Position numbers and translations under genes: made by a program. Source: a virus (lineage: Duplodnaviria > Caudoviricetes). Taken from it: a stretch of DNA of 64,000 nucleotides. A model generated the notes under the pieces. The model made no database searches. It worked only from the letters and a program-made list of their open reading frames with translations, and was not told the origin of the DNA. Where the stretch lies: the IMG/VR virus record IMGVR_UViG_3300023218_000062; one strand, given 5' to 3'. Shown piece after piece: positions 59,492 to 64,000 of the stretch; within the stretch, counting starts at the first letter, position 1, and the number at the start of each line of letters is the position of its first letter.

Positions 59492-60426
59492 TACGGTGCA
59501 TCCTTATTTTAATTTATTTATTTTAATATTCGTCACATGTTAAGTTTTCAACAATCTAATCAAGATATTTTCGGTTTTGTAGTTGTTTTTCATGATCCGT
59601 TATATTAAACATAATTAGTTCCCTAAGCCCGTTTTGCTCTATCTAATGCCTTTTTACATTTATTACAGGTATAATCGATATCAGCTTTATTATCACAAAA
59701 GTCACACAGCGTAATGTTATTGTTATTAGCTCTGTTGAATCTATGTGCGGCCTTATATAGACGTTTAGCCGTTACCTCTGTAAAGGGAACTGGAGTACGT
59801 CCTCATACTATATGGTTGACTACTTCATCTGAAGGAGTTTCTTTCATTGCTTTTCCTACTCGTTCATAATTTAAATACCTCTTTAATAAGTCTCCTGAAA
59901 TCGTGTTACAAATGCAAGAGATTAATCTTGCTGACTCCACTGGTCGAAAGTGCGAAAACCCCAGTTTCATTGTCTTTACATACCCTCGATTTCCCTGACA
60001 CACTTCATCTTCGGTTGGAGAATTTGAAAAAGCTAAATATCTATTCTTTGCAATAACTTAAGTAGACTATTATTTATAGAATATATCTCATTTTGCACAT
60101 ATTTAAGTTTTGCAGAAACATTAGAGTCATTATGTATTTCATTAATTTTGGTCTCTTTTTGTTCTTCCTCATCCATGTCAGGAATTAGTATATCATTCAG
60201 GGCGTCATATAATTTATCTCTAATATCAGCTAGGTGTTCCACTTGCTCCATCAGATGTGTGATGTTCGCCGTGATAGAACCTACGTCTTTATCTTCTGGA
60301 GTGGTTCCATCGAATGCTTCCTCTGGTGTTGGATTTAGTTTGCGGTTTCTTTTTGCTCATATAAAAAGATCTTTTTTAAAGTGTATGGGGATAATATATT
60401 AATCGTGGGGGGAATGTCAGGGGGGA

Positions 60427-60502
60427 TGGGGGCGATAGTAGGACTTAAACCTACGACCTCTTCCGTATGAAGGAATTGCTCTATCAACTGAGCTATATCG
60501 CC
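60427..60502 (-). tRNA. tRNA with CAU anticodon on a Thr-like body; probably degenerate
   Basis: GGCGATA/TATCGCC; anticodon arm ATTCC-TT-CAT-AC-GGAAG (one mismatch); non-canonical D-loop (TTGATA), T-loop TTTAAGT and discriminator C. Confidence 0.6.
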
Positions 60503-60513
60503 ATTTTTAAGGT

Positions 60514-60591
60514 TGGTGCGCATCCCAAGATTTGAACTTGGAACCTTTCGATTATCACAGTCGAATGCCCTATCAATTGAGCTAGTCGCGC
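60514..60591 (-). tRNA. tRNA-Ile-like with 9-nt anticodon loop (CTGTGATAA); possibly degenerate
   Basis: TTCGA/TCGAA stem, CCAAG-TTCAAAT-CTTGG, ACCA; one acceptor mismatch. Confidence 0.6.
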
Positions 60592-60630
60592 AGGTTTCGT
60601 ATATTTGTTTATTTATCAAAAAACAAAGAC

Positions 60631-60685
60631 CCCCCTGACTTCAACTTTGCCAAAGTTGCGCTCTACCTACTGAGCTTATAGCCGC
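60631..60685 (-). pseudogene. Truncated tRNA-Ala(GGC)
   Basis: GCGGCTA..GCTCAGTAGGTAGAGC, CAACT-TT-GGC-AA-AGTTG, then breaks off in the T-arm with no 3' acceptor strand. Confidence 0.7.
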
Positions 60686-60967
60686 ATATATTAAATAGAC
60701 ATTCTATCGCTTTGTTCTTCGTTTAAAATATCATAAACGGATAAAGATGAACCCGCATTTTTAAGATTCTGTTCCATTACACTAATAAAATCAGGTATAT
60801 CATCATTAGGTATATAATGGACAAGTTTTCTGACTCTATCCTCTGCTTCTATACTTTTTTTTGTTCTAGTATCATTCAAATGCATAATTGTAAATCCTGT
60901 GGATCCATTGCTTTTTGTTTTTTCCTATATCATATTTATGTAATTATGTGATGAAGTATAAAAAAAT

Positions 60968-61042
60968 TGGAAGGAATGTAGGGAATCGAACCCTATTCAA
61001 CAGGATCAAAGTCTATTGGCTCACCATATGCTCTTCATTCTT
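60968..61042 (-). tRNA. tRNA-Gln(UUG), several mismatches
   Basis: CT-TTG-AT loop, TAGGG-TTCGATT-CCCTA, 3' CCA; acceptor has an A-C mismatch and the D-stem is weak. Confidence 0.65.
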
Positions 61043-61389
61043 ACAATTTGATATTGAGTAATATCAAAGTTCTCCGTTCACTATCAATTTAAACATAAAT
61101 TCACTTACATTTACATGGATATTTAATTTTGGCTGCATTAAAGAAAAATCTAAAAGTTCACAAAATTCTTTAATAGATCGTTCAGCGTATTCTGAGAATG
61201 TACCTTCAGTCCCGTCCATTTTTATATAAGTATCTTCTATCTCATGTAACTTTCCTAGACGTTCAATAGCTCTTTTTTTAAATTGTAAAATGCTTGATTG
61301 TGATGTTAATATTATACTATTCATTGTATATCCTATTTTTGGGGATATTATAGCATAAGATCAATCTATTTGCAACATATTTCGGCACA

Positions 61390-62070
61390 TTATTTTACCC
61401 ACCAGTTAATCGAATTATACACTTCTGTTTGGGTTTTATGGTTTTTATGATATTGTTTGTATAATGTATTTCCTGAAGTTTTAATTGGTGTAAGATAATT
61501 TTCTTGATGCGCTACCACTATTCTTTTTTTATTTTGCTCTGCCGCCTGACTTGAAACTAATATATCATCCATATAATAATATTTAAACTTATTCACATCT
61601 ATTATTATGTTATTGGTGTTCCAGCAACTAACGCCGTTGCCTATTACTTCCACTTCCCTGTCTCTAATATTTTCGTCTTTAAAATGATAATATTTTTTAT
61701 AATCCTTGAAATAATTTTTTATTTTCTTGTGTTTTTCAAATTTTCTTCCATGATATGATATTATCACATCATCATTGTATTCATTTAGTTTTTGTATACT
61801 ATATTTTATATAATCTGAGGGGTATAATATATCATCATCTATACAAAAATAATATTCGTCTGGATTAGTTGCCCAAAAAACTTTACCGCTTGATTTAAGG
61901 TCGACCCCTTGGTGTATAGATATTTTTTCTTCCTTGAATTTTTCTGGTATGGTTTCAAAATTATTTAGATATAATCTAATATACGATACTTGATCATATA
62001 TTGATTCTATTACTTTTATGGCGCTATCTGTTCTTTCAGGCATAGTTGCCATGTTGGCAGATATTTTCAT
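61390..62070 (-). CDS. GT-A-fold glycosyltransferase
   Basis: ANMATMPER, YLNNF, YYFCIDDDILYPSDY, GNGV, MDDIL. Confidence 0.8.
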   Translation of the reverse strand: MKISANMATMPERTDSAIKVIESIYDQVSYIRLYLNNFETIPEKFKEEKISIHQGVDLKSSGKVFWATNPDEYYFCIDDDILYPSDYIKYSIQKLNEYNDDVIISYHGRKFEKHKKIKNYFKDYKKYYHFKDENIRDREVEVIGNGVSCWNTNNIIIDVNKFKYYYMDDILVSSQAAEQNKKRIVVAHQENYLTPIKTSGNTLYKQYHKNHKTQTEVYNSINWWVK

Positions 62071-62693
62071 TTATTGTAAACCTCCTTATTATGACCAATT
62101 CCTATACCGGGCCGTCCGGGATACCCCTTGATGCCTATAACACCACCATTCTGAGGGTAAATTTTTTTCTTACCTGTAAATCGTTGCCAAAGTTTATAAT
62201 CTAACGATTTGGTTTGATTCAAGACCTTTTTAAAATCTTCTATAGCTTTTCCTTTCATGGCGGTTGAACACAAACTAGCATGTTTTTTATTATTCATGCA
62301 TTTCTCGGTAGTGGTATCATTAAGATGTCTATATACGCTGGGGGCTTCACCCACAAGATCATTAATTTGTAGCCATTTATAGCATTGTGCTAACCACCAT
62401 GGAGCATATTCGTCGTCATCTTCTACTATGACAAGATGTGTTCCATCTATATGCTTTAATCCTTCTTTCATATTTCTAGCTTGAGTATTTTTACCGGGGC
62501 TCCATAACGGTTTGGGTCTTATATGTAAGATTTCCCAATCTTTTATGTTAGGAGTTTTCATCGCTTCAGGGCCATCATCTATGATAATCCATTTTACAGG
62601 ACCAGTATATTCTTGAGCTTTCATATACTCTACACATTTAGAAAATGCTTCGGGTCTTGCACCTGTGGGGGTTATAATATTTAATATCTTCAT
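62067..62693 (-). CDS. GT2-like glycosyltransferase
   Basis: IITPTGARP, WIIIDDG, VIVEDDDEY. Confidence 0.75.
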   Translation of the reverse strand: MKILNIITPTGARPEAFSKCVEYMKAQEYTGPVKWIIIDDGPEAMKTPNIKDWEILHIRPKPLWSPGKNTQARNMKEGLKHIDGTHLVIVEDDDEYAPWWLAQCYKWLQINDLVGEAPSVYRHLNDTTTEKCMNNKKHASLCSTAMKGKAIEDFKKVLNQTKSLDYKLWQRFTGKKKIYPQNGGVIGIKGYPGRPGIGIGHNKEVYNK

Positions 62694-62702
62694 TATTTGA
62701 TC

Positions 62703-63335
62703 TCAGTCACTTTTATTATTTGAAAATAGCTTAAATTCTGCGAAACTTGTTTCTTTGGGATCAGATCCCTTTTCGAATGGAAACGGATTTTTCCAACTGT
62801 ATATCAAATTAAATTCTTTTTCATTTTCTGAAATCCAATCAGTATATTTACGGTGGCGGACATGTACGGGTTTCCTTGAGTTGCCATCATAATTAGATGA
62901 ATATATTAATACCAACCACTCTGATGTACTAAAGAGGTTTCTCATATATCGATGAAATGTCTCGTCTTCTACTAAATGAAATATTACATCTAAAGACAAT
63001 ACTAATGGAGATTTTAGTGTTTTAATAATTGGATCGGAGCAATGGAAAAACTTCCAATTCTTTTTATGTTCGAACATTTTACTACAGTGCGATACGGCCT
63101 CTTTAGAAACATCAATTCCTATGTATTTTTTAAAATTAAATTTGCTACACTGATTTCCATCACCCGACCCAAATTCGATTGCCTCTGATATTTTATATTT
63201 AGATGATAGTTCATTTATTATCCTTGCCTTGTATTCTGCAAGTCTTCCGTATGAACCAGCACCAGAATTTCCACCAGCGCTATACCTACTTTCCCAATAT
63301 GATGAACTCGTGAAATTTTTAGTCTTATTATTCAT
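62703..63335 (-). CDS. Class I SAM-dependent methyltransferase
   Basis: YWESRYSAGGNSGAGSYG, IEFGSGDGNQ, YIGIDVS, LSLDVIFHL. Confidence 0.85.
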   Translation of the reverse strand: MNNKTKNFTSSSYWESRYSAGGNSGAGSYGRLAEYKARIINELSSKYKISEAIEFGSGDGNQCSKFNFKKYIGIDVSKEAVSHCSKMFEHKKNWKFFHCSDPIIKTLKSPLVLSLDVIFHLVEDETFHRYMRNLFSTSEWLVLIYSSNYDGNSRKPVHVRHRKYTDWISENEKEFNLIYSWKNPFPFEKGSDPKETSFAEFKLFSNNKSD

Positions 63336-64000
63336 TTTATTTCTTTGAATTCTCTTGGCTTTATATCAACTTTTTGTATTTTTTCGTAATATCCATTTGT
63401 TTGTCTATTACTAATTTCTTTGGCATATTTAATTCTCATTGGTGAGGAAGGATTGGTTTCTCTCTTCTGAGTTAGTGAATTTTGGTGAACTCTTCTATAA
63501 AACAAAGGGGTATTTATTTGGGCTATTTTAAATAGTTTCTCACTTCTAAAACAGAAATCACTGTCTGCACCACACCTCCATTCTTCATAGCCACCTAATA
63601 TATCATGGACTTCTTTTTTATGACAACCTACACCATCTGCAACTTTAGGTTTAATAACACCATGATCGGGGCATGTTCCGTTTTTATAATTATAGAACTT
63701 TAATTTACATATATCATAACCTTGTTTCATTTTGCCGTCTATAATTGATATCATGTTCTTTTTCATATGATCATCACTATCAAAAAATAATAATAAATTA
63801 TATTTGGCTATGGGTATTAAAGAGTTTTTTACTATATACGGTCCATGATTACGATCAAAATAAAATATTCTTAATTTTTCATATTTGTGTTTTATACTTT
63901 CAATACTTTTTAAGGTAATTTGGCATGCATCAATACCTAATAGAATTTCATAATTATTGTTCTTTAAGAAATATGTTTGTGTTACAATAGAATTCAAACA
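63332..64000 (-). CDS. GT2-family glycosyltransferase (N-terminus outside the window)
   Basis: NHGPYIVKN, LLFFDSDD, LGGYEEWRCGADSDF, YRRVHQNSLT. Confidence 0.8.
   Translation of the reverse strand, partial: CLNSIVTQTYFLKNNNYEILLGIDACQITLKSIESIKHKYEKLRIFYFDRNHGPYIVKNSLIPIAKYNLLLFFDSDDHMKKNMISIIDGKMKQGYDICKLKFYNYKNGTCPDHGVIKPKVADGVGCHKKEVHDILGGYEEWRCGADSDFCFRSEKLFKIAQINTPLFYRRVHQNSLTQKRETNPSSPMRIKYAKEISNRQTNGYYEKIQKVDIKPREFKEIK

Noticed and set aside
1-64000. Stop-codon reassignment (alternative genetic code)
   Set aside because: Conserved enzymes (Rnl1, YjgR, ArdC, GuaC, Agt, PlcP) translate full-length in code 11 and end at TAA, TAG or TGA; no suppressor-anticodon tRNA was seen.

Overview
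This window is best read as 64 kb of a large (jumbo-type) lytic dsDNA phage genome, AT-rich and in standard genetic code 11. No rRNA, no core housekeeping operons and no major capsid, terminase or polymerase genes fall inside it. Sigma70-type promoters, an OMP-like gene, Fur-box-like sites and a YjgR homolog suggest a Gram-negative, probably proteobacterial, host (inference). Layout: (1) 0.7-7.8 kb: VWA-metallopeptidase, T4-type RNA ligase 1, small ORFs and tRNAs. (2) 7.9-26.4 kb: a GC-richer, promoter-dense 'early/host-takeover' region of short monocistronic genes (YjgR/HerA ATPase, SprT, ArdC, paralogous HTH-like proteins). It has a repeated cassette of terminator + inverted TTGACA-N17-TAAAGG element + canonical promoter + shared leader, and a cluster of structured non-coding RNAs around tRNA-Lys, including a ~660-nt ornate RNA candidate. 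(3) 28-41 kb: very AT-rich genes whose N-termini resemble capsid-targeting/prohead-protease sites and carry ART-, kinase- and protease-like motifs. (4) 41-64 kb: auxiliary metabolic and host-modifying genes, including an Agt-like glycosyltransferase plus a PlcP-like phospholipase (lipid-remodelling pair), GuaC, dNMP kinase, proteases, an HvfA-like EGxCG-repeat RiPP precursor, a TerD-domain protein with an upstream structured RNA, intact and degenerate tRNAs, three tnpB 3'-end remnants, and a glycosyltransferase/methyltransferase cluster. Several genes are broken by single-base indels, often in homopolymers, which may be sequencing error. All family calls come from motif recognition by eye, not from database searches.
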